DNA of 64,000 bases from Bdellovibrionales bacterium (GTDB lineage Bacteria; Bdellovibrionota; Bdellovibrionia; Bdellovibrionales; UBA1609): the NCBI GenBank assembly GCA_014323935.1, contig JACOND010000001.1, positions 30,348 through 94,347 on the forward strand, in the 5' to 3' direction. Position 1 is the stretch's first letter, and each line of letters begins with the position of its first letter. The notes beneath the pieces were generated by a model. The model made no database searches. It had not been told where the DNA came from and saw nothing but the letters and a program-made list of their open reading frames with translations. Shown piece after piece: positions 10,148 to 20,055 of the stretch. Position numbers and translations under genes: made by a program.

Positions 10148-10705
10148 TTAATAAAAATCAAAGTAGTAAGCAAATCCCATTTTTATATTTTGTCGAAGGT
10201 GAATGTCTGTAAAAAAAGGAGAGTTTTGAAAAGGAAGAATTACGTCAAAATTGAATGTAGTTATAAAGGCTGTCCTTTTTGCTACAAAAGCTTTCAAAGA
10301 GGCTTGCAAACCTACAGCTCCTTGAAAAGCTCCTAATTCCTCAATTCCTAAAATAATTCCTAAAGAAGGAATCCATTTTCTTTTTCCTCTATTTTTAATG
10401 AAGTTATATTCACCGAGGAAACCGATTTTCCAATCTACTATCTGTCCAGGTAATGAGAGATCAAAATAAGGACCAAATTCAAAACGTCCTTCAAAATTAT
10501 AAGTATAAACTCCCTGAAATTCGGCTTTTAGCTTATCCATGGAAAAATCATTAAAATCCAATCTATATTTATCCATAAGAATATTTCCCGTAAATCGCAC
10601 GCCATGCTCTCTTTTTATATAACGATATTTTTTCGTAGCAAAACAAGGACTTACTTCCATTACAAAAAGAGAAAGAAATAAACCTACATATAATACCTTT
10701 TTCAT
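10148..10705 (-). CDS. Hypothetical small outer-membrane beta-barrel protein
   Basis: It has a signal peptide and an alternating hydrophobic pattern. The C-terminal aromatic end YYFDFY is typical of OMPs. Confidence 0.5.
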   Translation of the reverse strand: MKKVLYVGLFLSLFVMEVSPCFATKKYRYIKREHGVRFTGNILMDKYRLDFNDFSMDKLKAEFQGVYTYNFEGRFEFGPYFDLSLPGQIVDWKIGFLGEYNFIKNRGKRKWIPSLGIILGIEELGAFQGAVGLQASLKAFVAKRTAFITTFNFDVILPFQNSPFFTDIHLRQNIKMGFAYYFDFY

Positions 10706-10827
10706 AAAAACTCCTTTTTAAGTTTTAAATCAACTTAAATATACGCTATAAAGTGAAACTTTGCAAAGATTTTTTATTTTCAAAAGAAAATATTAAATGA
10801 ATTTCATTTATTTTGTTATAGGAAGCT

Positions 10828-11766
10828 TCAAAAATTCATACCAGCTATTATCATAATTTGAAAAAGATCCCCGTAGAATTTATAACCTTTAATTTCTGGT
10901 CTTTTAGGAGTTTGAAGTAAAAAGAAAATATCTTGATTTTCAGGTACAATAGGTAAAACCGGAAGCTCGAGCTGAGAGAGATCTTGGTCTTCATGTTCAA
11001 GATTTACATAAAGATGGTTGACTTCTAGTCCTATAAAAAAATTCTCAATCAGGTTAAATTCTAAACCTAAACCTAATTTTAATCCCAAACGTTGATAAGT
11101 TTGATTTTCAAGAGCTCTTCTTTCTAAACTATCTATCCGGGGAATATTTGATTCGCTCGTTTGAGAGACTTGTTGCTGGGAATTAGATACATTGAAGAAT
11201 CCTTGCATTTGCGGGGTAATTTGAATTTTAGAATTAAATAAAAAAGGACCTATCATTAAATAAGGATTGATGGTTCTTTTTTCTTCATTTAAATACTGTT
11301 TATGTAAATAATATTTTAAATCCAAACTAAAGTTAAAAAGCTTATAACTTGTATTATATAAACTAACATAATGGTTTGTTGGAAAAGAAGTACTCAATTG
11401 AAAGGCTATATGAAAGTCAATAAAAAAGGAGAGACCTAAACCAGGAACAAAAAGAGAATCCCCGTAAATTTGTCTTAGATTAAAAGTAATACCTTGATAG
11501 CCTCCTAAAAAAACAAGAGAAAGAGAGCGACCATGTTGAAAAAAACTAAGGCTTTCTTCTTCAGCTATATTATCTTGAAACTCTCCAAAATCAATAAAGG
11601 GATCAAAAGCTTTATTATCAATCCCTTGAGCTAAGAGAAGGGACTTTTTTTTTAAAAACTTTAAATTCTGCTCATAATTTGAAAAGTTTTCTCCATTTTT
11701 GTTTTGCAAAAGGTTTTCAGCAAAAACAGTAAAGTTAAAACTTAAAAAAAAAAGTACTATCTTCAT
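10828..11766 (-). CDS. Hypothetical outer-membrane beta-barrel protein
   Basis: It has a signal peptide (MKIVLFFLSFNFTVFA) and beta-strand-like alternation. It ends in a terminal Phe (AGMNF). Confidence 0.45.
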   Translation of the reverse strand: MKIVLFFLSFNFTVFAENLLQNKNGENFSNYEQNLKFLKKKSLLLAQGIDNKAFDPFIDFGEFQDNIAEEESLSFFQHGRSLSLVFLGGYQGITFNLRQIYGDSLFVPGLGLSFFIDFHIAFQLSTSFPTNHYVSLYNTSYKLFNFSLDLKYYLHKQYLNEEKRTINPYLMIGPFLFNSKIQITPQMQGFFNVSNSQQQVSQTSESNIPRIDSLERRALENQTYQRLGLKLGLGLEFNLIENFFIGLEVNHLYVNLEHEDQDLSQLELPVLPIVPENQDIFFLLQTPKRPEIKGYKFYGDLFQIMIIAGMNF

Positions 11767-11852
11767 ATAGATTTTATTATACTATCATACTTTAAAAGGA
11801 AAAAACTTTTTTTAAAGCTTTAATCCTTAAAAACCCTTAGTCTAAAGTCTAG

Positions 11853-12770
11853 TTAGTTTTTAATTGTTTGATTGAGTTGAGTTTGAAATTTCTCTAGAAT
11901 TAAACCATAACGAACTCCTGTCACGGAAACAAGAAAGCTTGTTTTTTCACTCAAATGTAAAATCTGATTTAAAAGGCTAAGACCTGCTACAATGACATCA
12001 GTTCGATGTTCTGGAAGATAGGGAATCTTTTTTCTTTCTTCAACACTTAACTGAGATAATTTACTTAACCAAAAATCAACTTGCTCTCTTTGAAGAATTA
12101 AACCATGTATCTTATTCATATCTGTTGTTTTCGTTTCCATTAAAGCAAGAGTTGTAGGAGTTCCAGCCGTAAAGATAATTTTATCATGAGATTCTTTTAA
12201 AAAACTTTCAAGGTGTTGAAGTTTTTTAAGGATAAATTCATTGAGATTTTTTCTTTCTGATAAGCTTATAGCTTTTAGACTTAAAAACCTTTCTGTAAGA
12301 GATACAGTACCTATATTTAGACTGTATTTTTTTTTTGAGTCGACAAATTCAGTCGAACCTCCTCCTATATCAATCACTAAAGGGTTAAAACAAGTTTGAC
12401 CTAAACCAAAAAAACTTCCTATAAAAGTAAGTTCCGCTTCTCTTTGAGAAGAAATAATTTGAAGAGGGCTAAGAAAGTATTGATTTGCTAAGTCTAAAAT
12501 ATTTTTTTTATTTTCAGCTTGTCTTACAGCACTTGTTGCAACAATAGAATATTCTTTAATATCCCATGATTTGAGTTTTTTTTGAATATCTTGAAAAGCT
12601 TTTTCTAAGCGAGCTAAAGCACTATCACTGACTTTAGAACTATATTCCATATTCTCAGCTAAGCGAGTGAAATAAATTTCATCAGCTAGAACTTCAAAAC
12701 CTGTTTCCGTTTTTTCAACAATTAACAAAAGACTTGTATTTGAACCTATGTCTACTCCAGCCAATCTCAT
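11853..12770 (-). CDS. ppx: Exopolyphosphatase / GppA-family phosphatase (short form)
   Basis: 305 aa with ASKHA motifs GVDIGSNTSLLLIV and IDIGGGSTEF. Confidence 0.8.
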   Translation of the reverse strand: MRLAGVDIGSNTSLLLIVEKTETGFEVLADEIYFTRLAENMEYSSKVSDSALARLEKAFQDIQKKLKSWDIKEYSIVATSAVRQAENKKNILDLANQYFLSPLQIISSQREAELTFIGSFFGLGQTCFNPLVIDIGGGSTEFVDSKKKYSLNIGTVSLTERFLSLKAISLSERKNLNEFILKKLQHLESFLKESHDKIIFTAGTPTTLALMETKTTDMNKIHGLILQREQVDFWLSKLSQLSVEERKKIPYLPEHRTDVIVAGLSLLNQILHLSEKTSFLVSVTGVRYGLILEKFQTQLNQTIKN

Positions 12771-12771
12771 T

Positions 12772-14202
12772 TCAGCAATCCTCTAAAAGTTGTTTTAAAA
12801 TATGAGATAGTTTTTGAGGGTTAGCTTGCCCTTTGGTTTTCTTCATAACTTGCCCTATAAAAAAACCAAAGAGTTTACTTCGTCCCTGTTTATAATCTTG
12901 AACTTGCTTGGGGTTTTGATTTAAGACGTCTTGAGCGAAAGCTTTTAATTTTGAATCACTAGAGATTTGTTTTAAATTTTTCTCTTTAATAATTTGATCA
13001 GGAGATTTAGCTTGATTCCACATTTCAGAAAAAATATCTTTTGCCATCGTATTAGAAATATCTCCCTCATCAATTAAATTTAAAAGACGGGCAAAATCTT
13101 TTACAGGTATAGGACAGACTCTTTGATTTTTTTCTTTTAAGTGAGCTTGAATTTCCCCCCTAAACCAAAGACTTAAAGCTTGAGGGTTTTTAGTTTGCAA
13201 AACCACCTGTTCAAAATAATCAGCTTGTTTAAAATCTTCAACAAGAATTTGAGCGAGATCTGGTGTGAATTTATACTCTTTTACAAATCTTTGAGTTTTA
13301 TCAAAAGGAAGCTCAGGTAAATCAAGCTGGTTTAAAAAATTTTCTGAAACGTCAAGTTCAGGTAAATCTGGATCAGGAAAGTATCTATAGTCTCTTGCTG
13401 ATTCTTTAGAACGCATAGATTTAGTTTGGTTTTTAGTAGAGTCATATAACCTTGTCTCTTGTGTAAGAGCTTGTCCTAATTTTAAACATTCTATTTGTCT
13501 GGCTTTTTCATAAAAAAGAGCTTTTTCTATAAAACGAAAAGAGTTGATATTTTTTAATTCTACTTTAGCCCCTAGTTGTTTTTGCCCTTCGGGACGAACA
13601 CTTATATTACAATCACACCTCATAGAACCTTCTTCTAAATTACCATCACAAACCTCTAAATATCTTAGAAGGCGACGAATAGCTTTAACACATTGACTCG
13701 CTACATAAGGATCAGAAATAACTGGTTTTGTTACAATTTCTAACAAAGGAGTTCCCGCTCGATTATAGTTAATAAGAGAAAAATTTCCTTTGTGAAGAGA
13801 TCGACCGGCATCTTCTTCAATATGAATTCTTTCTAAAGCAATAGAAATTTCTTGATTCTTATGAAAAAACTGAATAAAACCGCCTTCACAAAAAGGTTTA
13901 TCGTATTGAGAAATCTGATACCCTTTAGGGAGATCAGGATAAAAGTAATTTTTTCTAGAAAAAACACTCTTCTTTTTTAAACATCCCTGGACAGCTTTTC
14001 CTGTTTTAAAAGCCATTTTCAAAGCCTCTTCATTTAAAACAGGAAGGGTCCCTGGAAGAGCTAAGCTGACAGGGTGAATCTCTTGATTTTCTCCGGGATT
14101 AAATCCTGCTCGATCTGGGGAAAAAAGTTTGCTTTGAGTTTTGAGCTGAGCATGTATTTCTAAGCCAATACTTACTAAAAAATTTTGTTCTTTTGCTTGC
14201 AC
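12772..14202 (-). CDS. gatB: Asp/Glu-tRNA(Asn/Gln) amidotransferase subunit B
   Basis: 476 aa with the GatB N-terminus IGLEIHAQL and a C-terminal YqeY-like tail. The start is GTG. It lies downstream of gatC-gatA. Confidence 0.92.
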   Translation of the reverse strand: MQAKEQNFLVSIGLEIHAQLKTQSKLFSPDRAGFNPGENQEIHPVSLALPGTLPVLNEEALKMAFKTGKAVQGCLKKKSVFSRKNYFYPDLPKGYQISQYDKPFCEGGFIQFFHKNQEISIALERIHIEEDAGRSLHKGNFSLINYNRAGTPLLEIVTKPVISDPYVASQCVKAIRRLLRYLEVCDGNLEEGSMRCDCNISVRPEGQKQLGAKVELKNINSFRFIEKALFYEKARQIECLKLGQALTQETRLYDSTKNQTKSMRSKESARDYRYFPDPDLPELDVSENFLNQLDLPELPFDKTQRFVKEYKFTPDLAQILVEDFKQADYFEQVVLQTKNPQALSLWFRGEIQAHLKEKNQRVCPIPVKDFARLLNLIDEGDISNTMAKDIFSEMWNQAKSPDQIIKEKNLKQISSDSKLKAFAQDVLNQNPKQVQDYKQGRSKLFGFFIGQVMKKTKGQANPQKLSHILKQLLEDC

Positions 14203-14327
14203 TTTAATCCATCCCTTTGTGAGTAAATTCGATTCTATATAAAAATCTATTTTTTATTTTAAAATTCATTCTAGCTGTTTTTCAACTTTATTCTACTTTA
14301 ACTGCATTTTATAACAATTAATCTTTT

Positions 14328-15761
14328 TTATTTATATTTTTCAGGAGATTTCTCAAAAATATTGAGATCTTCTTCTAAAGCTAAAGCTACATTTAAAATT
14401 TTTTGCTCTCCTAGAGCCGGACCTATAAGCTGAAGACCTATAGGTAATTTATCTTTTGAAAAACTACAAGGAAGGCTAAGAGCTGGGGAACCAATCAAAT
14501 TTGCAAAAACAGTAAAGATGTCATTTAAATAAAAGGATAAATTCTTTCCTTCCGTCTTTTTAGAATTTAAAAGAGGAGCTGTGTTTTTAGATACAGGGGA
14601 GATAATAGCCTCACAAGAAGAAAAAATCTCATCAAAAGCTTGCTTGATAAGATATCTTACTTGACAAGCTTTATGAAAATAATCCTCATAATATCCTGAA
14701 GACAGACTAAAAGTACCAATGAGAATACGACGACGAACTTCTTTACCAAAAAAATCTAAACGATTTAAAGAATAAAATTCTTGAAGAGATTGAGAAGATT
14801 TCAAACTTTGTTTTCCGTAACGAATTCCATCATAACGAGAAAGATTACTACTAGCTTCAGAGGTAGATATTAAATAATACGCAGAGATTCCATAGTCTAA
14901 AAAAGGTATCTTCTTTTCTATGAGACAACATCCTCTTTGTTCTAAGAGTTTTAAAGCTTTCTGATAAGCGGATACAATTTCTGGATTCATTTCATTTTTA
15001 AAAGGCTCTAAATCAAAATAAGCAAGGGTTTTATTTTTAATTTCAGAGCTTAAATTTTTTTGAAAATAAGGTGGTTTTGTCTTTAAACTTGTAGAGTCTT
15101 TGGAATCAAATCCACTCATAACATCTAAAAGAAGGGCTGAATCTTCAACCGTATGAGTAAAGATTCCCGCTTGATCAAGGCTAGAGGCATAAGCAATCAT
15201 TCCATAACGACTCACTCTCCCGTAAGTCGGTTTCAAACCTACAAGATGACAATAATTAGCAGGAAGGCGAACCGAACCCCCCGTATCTGTTCCTAAACTT
15301 GCAGGACAAAGACGTGCAGAAACCGCTGAAGCACTTCCACTACTAGAACCTCCTGGACTGTGCTTCTCATTCCAAGGATTTTTACTAGCTCCAAAATAAG
15401 AATGTTCTCCTGTAGAACCCATACCAAACTCATCATTATTGCATTTGCCAATAATGATAGCTCCTTCTTGTTCTAATTTTTCAACAGCTGTTGCTGTATA
15501 AGGAGGAAGGTACTGTTCTAAACCTTTAGAACCTGCAGTTGTTCTTAAATCTTTTGTACAGAAAAGATCTTTAACCCCAATAGGAATCCCAGCTAAACGT
15601 CCTTTTTTTTTAAACGAAGGGATTTTTTTCCAGCTGATAAAAGCATTTAAACAAGGATTATATTTTTCAATCCTTTTAAGGTAAAAATCAAAGACTTCTT
15701 TTGGGGAAACTTCAGAGGATTGGAGTTTTTTTTGAAGACTACAAAGACTAAAAAAATCCAT
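14328..15761 (-). CDS. gatA: Glutamyl-tRNA(Gln) amidotransferase subunit A
   Basis: 477 aa with the amidase signature GGSSSGSASAV and the TDTGGSVRLPA block. Confidence 0.92.
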   Translation of the reverse strand: MDFFSLCSLQKKLQSSEVSPKEVFDFYLKRIEKYNPCLNAFISWKKIPSFKKKGRLAGIPIGVKDLFCTKDLRTTAGSKGLEQYLPPYTATAVEKLEQEGAIIIGKCNNDEFGMGSTGEHSYFGASKNPWNEKHSPGGSSSGSASAVSARLCPASLGTDTGGSVRLPANYCHLVGLKPTYGRVSRYGMIAYASSLDQAGIFTHTVEDSALLLDVMSGFDSKDSTSLKTKPPYFQKNLSSEIKNKTLAYFDLEPFKNEMNPEIVSAYQKALKLLEQRGCCLIEKKIPFLDYGISAYYLISTSEASSNLSRYDGIRYGKQSLKSSQSLQEFYSLNRLDFFGKEVRRRILIGTFSLSSGYYEDYFHKACQVRYLIKQAFDEIFSSCEAIISPVSKNTAPLLNSKKTEGKNLSFYLNDIFTVFANLIGSPALSLPCSFSKDKLPIGLQLIGPALGEQKILNVALALEEDLNIFEKSPEKYK

Positions 15762-15763
15762 AA

Positions 15764-16048
15764 CTAAATACTAGGAGGTGTTTTAATTAAAGCTCCTTGT
15801 TTTTTAGAAGCTTGTTCTAGAAGTTTATCTTTATCTGGAAAATCAAGAACTTTGTCAGATCTTAAACATAAAGGAGGTTTTAAAGGACTTACAAGAGCAG
15901 GAAGCTTTTTAGATTCAATACTTTTAATTTTTTCAAAGTAAGATAACACTTCCTTCAAAAAAAATTTTAATTCCACCTTCTCTTCTTCTTTTATTTTAAG
16001 AGCTGCAAGTTCAGAAATTTCTTTTAAAACCTTATCTGTAATTTCCAT
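15764..16048 (-). CDS. gatC: Asp/Glu-tRNA amidotransferase subunit C
   Basis: 94 aa from the ATG at 16048 (MEITDKVLKEISELAALKI). The ORF track extends to a TTG at 16084. The TAG stop lies 2 nt before the gatA ATG. Confidence 0.85.
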   Translation of the reverse strand: MEITDKVLKEISELAALKIKEEEKVELKFFLKEVLSYFEKIKSIESKKLPALVSPLKPPLCLRSDKVLDFPDKDKLLEQASKKQGALIKTPPSI

Positions 16049-16192
16049 GGATTCTCTTATAAAGGAATTAAAAAAAAATAGCAAGAGAAAGGAAGTTTTA
16101 ACTTTCCTTTTTTCTTAACTTTCTGATCTAAACTGAGAAGGAGATTTTTAATTGACAAAAGAAAATTTTTAAATTTTACTAGTTTTAAATTT

Positions 16193-17557
16193 ATGGAAAA
16201 CCTTATAGAACCTTATAAGATAAAATCCTTAGAACCTATTTACTGGACCAGCCGAGAAGAGCGAAAAGAAATCTTAAAAAAAGCTCATCTCAATTTGTTT
16301 TTTATTTCTTCTAAAAATGTCATTATAGATCTTTTAACAGATTCAGGAACAGGAGCAATGAGTGCTAATCAATGGGCCAGTCTAATGAATGCAGATGAGT
16401 CTTATGCGGGTTCAAAAAGTTTTGATCTCTTTGAACAAACTGTTCAAGAGATAACAGGATTTAAACATGTGATTCCCACACATCAAGGAAGGTCGGCGGA
16501 AAGAATTTTATTATCTCAATTTAAACAAAACGGAGAATATATTGTTTCAAATACTTTATTTGATACAACAAGAGCTAACTCTGAAGACTATGGGTTTAAG
16601 GTTTTAGATATTCCTTGTCCTGAGTTTTTTAAAGATGATGAAGTTCATCCCTTTAAAGGAAACATTGATCTCATAGCCTTAGAGAAGACTTTAAAAGAAA
16701 AATCCGTAGCTCTTGTGATTTTAACCATTACAAATAATTCAGCAGGAGCTCAACCTGTTTCTTTAGAAAATATAAAAGAAACAAAAAAACTATGTCAAAA
16801 GTATTTTGTACCTCTTTGTTTAGATGCCTGCCGTTTTTCTGAAAATGCATGGTTTATAAAAAAAAGAGAGTCTGGTTTTTCAAAAAAAACCATTAAAGAG
16901 ATTGTCAAAACTAGCTTTGACTGTGCTGATTTAACTTTTGTATCTGCTAAAAAAGATGGCTTGAGTCATATCGGAGGTTTTCTTTGTGTAAGAGAATCAA
17001 CTCTCAGTGAAAACTGTAAAAACCGTTTGATTTTAACAGAAGGCTTTCCCACATACGGAGGTCTAGCAGGCCGGGATTTAGAAGCTGTAGCTTTAGGTTT
17101 GAGGGAGGTTTTAGAAGAATCTTATTTGAAACATCGTATAGACTCTACGGCTTATTTACATCAACAGTTACTTGAAGGAGGATTTCCTGTTTTAAGTCCA
17201 CCTGGAGGACATGCGGTCTATATTGATGCTAAAAAGTTACTTGCTCATCTTCCTGTATCTTCTTATCCTGGACAAGCTTTAGTTTCTTCTTTATACGAAT
17301 ATGCAGGGATAAGAACTTGTGAAATAGGTTCTGTTATGTTTGGAAAAACTTTAGAAAACGGAAAAGAAATATATCACAATAAAGAGTTGGTTCGGCTTTG
17401 TCTTCCTCGAAGAGTTTATACAAAATCTCATCTGAATTATGTATCTAACTCTCTTATTTCTTTTAAGGAAAAAGAATTAGATAAAATTAGAGGAATTAAG
17501 ATAGTAAAGTCTTCTCCTTTTTTAAGACACTTTAGTTCTCACTTCGATTGGATTTAA
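16193..17557 (+). CDS. Tryptophanase / tyrosine phenol-lyase family PLP enzyme (beta-eliminating lyase)
   Basis: 454 aa, colinear with E. coli TnaA as I recall it. Matching blocks are MEN...EP, IDLLTDSGTGAMS, DESYAGSKSF, TITNNSAGAQPVSL, the PLP-lysine context SAKKDGL, and EGFPTYGGLAGRD. I cannot separate Trpase from TPL by eye. Confidence 0.85.
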   Translation: MENLIEPYKIKSLEPIYWTSREERKEILKKAHLNLFFISSKNVIIDLLTDSGTGAMSANQWASLMNADESYAGSKSFDLFEQTVQEITGFKHVIPTHQGRSAERILLSQFKQNGEYIVSNTLFDTTRANSEDYGFKVLDIPCPEFFKDDEVHPFKGNIDLIALEKTLKEKSVALVILTITNNSAGAQPVSLENIKETKKLCQKYFVPLCLDACRFSENAWFIKKRESGFSKKTIKEIVKTSFDCADLTFVSAKKDGLSHIGGFLCVRESTLSENCKNRLILTEGFPTYGGLAGRDLEAVALGLREVLEESYLKHRIDSTAYLHQQLLEGGFPVLSPPGGHAVYIDAKKLLAHLPVSSYPGQALVSSLYEYAGIRTCEIGSVMFGKTLENGKEIYHNKELVRLCLPRRVYTKSHLNYVSNSLISFKEKELDKIRGIKIVKSSPFLRHFSSHFDWI

Positions 17558-17620
17558 TGTTTTTATTTCAATATTACTATTTTAAAACAGAGAAGTTTTT
17601 GTTATAAAAATTTAGAATTT

Positions 17621-19735
17621 ATGAAAATAAATACAAACAAAGATTTAAAGCGAATTCAAGAATTAAAAGAAAAGATTCGTTATCACGATAGCTTGTATTA
17701 TAACTTAGATCAACCTGAAATCACAGATTTTGAATACGATAACCTTTTTAAAGAATTAATTCATTTAGAGAAAAAATACCCTCAATTTAAAACTCAAGAT
17801 TCTCCCTCTCAAAAAATAACAGGAGAGGCTTTGTCTCATTTTGAAAAAAAAGCTCATACTCAACCGATGCTTTCCTTGCAAAATAGCTACTCTTTAGAAG
17901 AAATTAAAATTTTTTATCAAAGAGTACTAAAATCACTCAAAGAAGAAGACCTAACTTTTTTTATGGAGCCTAAGTTAGATGGAATGGCCGTTGAATTAAT
18001 TTATGAAGAGGGTTTTTTTAAAACGGCTTTGAGCCGAGGGGACGGTGTTGTCGGAGAAGACATTACCAATTCTGTTAAAACCATAAGATCTATCCCTGTC
18101 AGTTTAGCTCCTTTTGAAGAAAAAAAACCTCAAAAAAATTCGAATTCTATATCTGTTCCTCCTATTTTAGAAATAAGAGGAGAAATTTTAATTTTTAAAA
18201 AAGACTTTGAATTAATCAATAGAGAACAAGAGCTCGCTAAACTTCCTATTTTTGCTAACCCTAGAAATTTAGCCTCTGGATCAATACGGCAGTTAGATTC
18301 TAAAATAACAGCTAAAAGACCTCTTCGTTGTTTTATTCACAGCTTAGGTGGTCTTGAAATACCAGGTATTAAAACACAAGAAAAATTTATTCAATATTTA
18401 CAAAAACTCAAATTACCAACTTTTCGGGTTTGTAAACATAAAAATCTCAAACCCCCTTTAGATTTATGCCGTGTCAGTCACAGCTTTGAAGATGTTGTAG
18501 ATTATTACAAACAAATGGAAAAACTAAGAAAAAAATTACCTTTTGAAATTGATGGAATCGTTTTAAAATTGAATAAGATAGAACAACAAAAAAAATTAGG
18601 TTTTATAGCTCGAAGCCCTCGTTGGGCTATTGCTGGAAAATTCACTCCCGAACAAAAAGAAACTCTTTTAAAAGAAGTTAAGTTTCAAGTAGGACGAACC
18701 GGTGTCATTACTCCTGTCGCTATTTTAAAACCTGTTCAAATCGGAGGTGTGACAATTCGTCATGCAAGCCTTCATAATTTCAAAGAATGGACTCGAAAAT
18801 CTGTTCAAAAAGGGGATAAAGTTCTCGTTCATAGAGCCGGGGATGTGATACCAGAGATAATAAAAAAAGTACAAGATAAGAAAAAAAATTCTTTGACTAC
18901 TGATTCTGTAACAATTCCTAAACACTGTCCTGTTTGTTCAACTTTGACTAAAGAACAAGGAGATTATCTTGTTTGTACAAATCAACAGTGTCCCTCTATT
19001 ATAGAAAATAAATTCATTCATTTTTCAAGTAAAAAAGCAATGAACATAGAATTTTTAGGAGTTAAAAGCCTTAAAAAATTTTGTAAATGGGGTTGGTTAA
19101 AAAAATACTCTGATATTTATGATTTAGTAAATAAACCTATAAAGGAAAAAGAAGGATTTGGAGAAAAATCTTACCAGCTGATAGTAAAAAGTTTAGAGAA
19201 AAGTAAAAAAGTTAGTTTACAGCGATTCCTTTTTGCTCTAGGTATTCCTTTAATAGGAGAGGAAACAGCAGGAAAAATCAGTGAAGTCATTTATAGTAAA
19301 ACAGTTAATTTAAATTTACTAAAAGCTTTAAGTTTTTTAAAAAATCTCTCACAAGAGGAGTTAGAAGCCATTTCTGATATAGGACCTCTTGTCGCTCAAT
19401 CTTTTAAAAAGACTTTTGAAAACAAAGAATTGATTGAAGACATTGAAGCTCTACACTCTAAAGGTTTAAATTTACTACCTAAACCAGAAAAAAACAATCA
19501 ATTGCAAGGATTGAATTTTGTTATCACAGGAAAATTAAAAATACCTAGAGATTCTTTGAAATTACAAATTATAAGAGAAGGAGGAAAGGTTCTTTCTCAA
19601 ATAAGTTCTCAAACAAGTTATTTAATTTCTGGAGAAAATTCAGGAAGTAAAAAACAAAAGGCTTTAAAATTATCTATTCCTATCTTAAGCTATAAAGAGC
19701 TTTTAATAAAATTTCCTTTCCTAAAAAAAACATAA
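17621..19735 (+). CDS. ligA: NAD-dependent DNA ligase
   Basis: 704 aa with the adenylation site EPKLDGMAVEL and a Cys4 Zn finger (CPVCS...C...CP). HhH and BRCT-like regions sit at the C-terminus. Confidence 0.95.
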   Translation: MKINTNKDLKRIQELKEKIRYHDSLYYNLDQPEITDFEYDNLFKELIHLEKKYPQFKTQDSPSQKITGEALSHFEKKAHTQPMLSLQNSYSLEEIKIFYQRVLKSLKEEDLTFFMEPKLDGMAVELIYEEGFFKTALSRGDGVVGEDITNSVKTIRSIPVSLAPFEEKKPQKNSNSISVPPILEIRGEILIFKKDFELINREQELAKLPIFANPRNLASGSIRQLDSKITAKRPLRCFIHSLGGLEIPGIKTQEKFIQYLQKLKLPTFRVCKHKNLKPPLDLCRVSHSFEDVVDYYKQMEKLRKKLPFEIDGIVLKLNKIEQQKKLGFIARSPRWAIAGKFTPEQKETLLKEVKFQVGRTGVITPVAILKPVQIGGVTIRHASLHNFKEWTRKSVQKGDKVLVHRAGDVIPEIIKKVQDKKKNSLTTDSVTIPKHCPVCSTLTKEQGDYLVCTNQQCPSIIENKFIHFSSKKAMNIEFLGVKSLKKFCKWGWLKKYSDIYDLVNKPIKEKEGFGEKSYQLIVKSLEKSKKVSLQRFLFALGIPLIGEETAGKISEVIYSKTVNLNLLKALSFLKNLSQEELEAISDIGPLVAQSFKKTFENKELIEDIEALHSKGLNLLPKPEKNNQLQGLNFVITGKLKIPRDSLKLQIIREGGKVLSQISSQTSYLISGENSGSKKQKALKLSIPILSYKELLIKFPFLKKT

Positions 19736-19787
19736 AATATTTTATGGTCTTTAAAATAAAAACTTAACTGTAGTTTATATAAATAAA

Positions 19788-19811
19788 AAGGGCTATTTTA
19801 GAATTAGCCTT
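19788..19811 (-). terminator. Candidate intrinsic terminator between the convergent ligA and histone-like genes
   Basis: The hairpin is aagggcta / tagcctt, a 7-bp stem with one bulged G and a 9-nt loop. On the minus strand it is followed by TTTTATTTAT. It lies 14 nt past the stop of the 19825-20049 gene. Confidence 0.4.
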
Positions 19812-19824
19812 GCTTAAATGAATT

Positions 19825-20049
19825 TCACTCCTTTTCAGAGAGGCTTGTTATTGAAGAAGAATTTAGAAGAATATCAACTTTAGGAACATGAGAAGGGCGA
19901 GCTGTCTTTAGCTTGTCAGAAAAAACATTATCTACTGTTTTGAGACAAAGTTTTTCAAATTCTTTACTGAGAACCTCAAAAGTTTTACTTGAAACTCTCA
20001 CACCTTTTTCTTTAAATAATTGTTTCACTTTTTTAGTTGTAATCAACAT
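19825..20049 (-). CDS. Small histone-fold-like DNA-binding protein (Bd0055-like)
   Basis: 74 aa. The segment LITTKKVKQLFKEKG..SSKTFEVLSKEFEKLCLKTV is colinear with the Bdellovibrio bacteriovorus histone Bd0055. I recall that sequence as VVTSKVKKLIKEKG..SAETIDVLSKAIEQLCLKGV. The C-terminal third diverges. Confidence 0.55.
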   Translation of the reverse strand: MLITTKKVKQLFKEKGVRVSSKTFEVLSKEFEKLCLKTVDNVFSDKLKTARPSHVPKVDILLNSSSITSLSEKE

Positions 20050-20055
20050 GTTTTA

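Noticed and set aside
16088-16113. Hairpin (aaaggaagt / actttccttt, one bulge, 4-nt loop) followed by a T-run between divergent gatC and the lyase gene. It could be an attenuator or T-box-like element in the gatC leader.
   Set aside because: No specifier or antiterminator features are present, and there is no upstream plus-strand gene to terminate. It may simply be a 5'-UTR stem, and I cannot assign a function from sequence.
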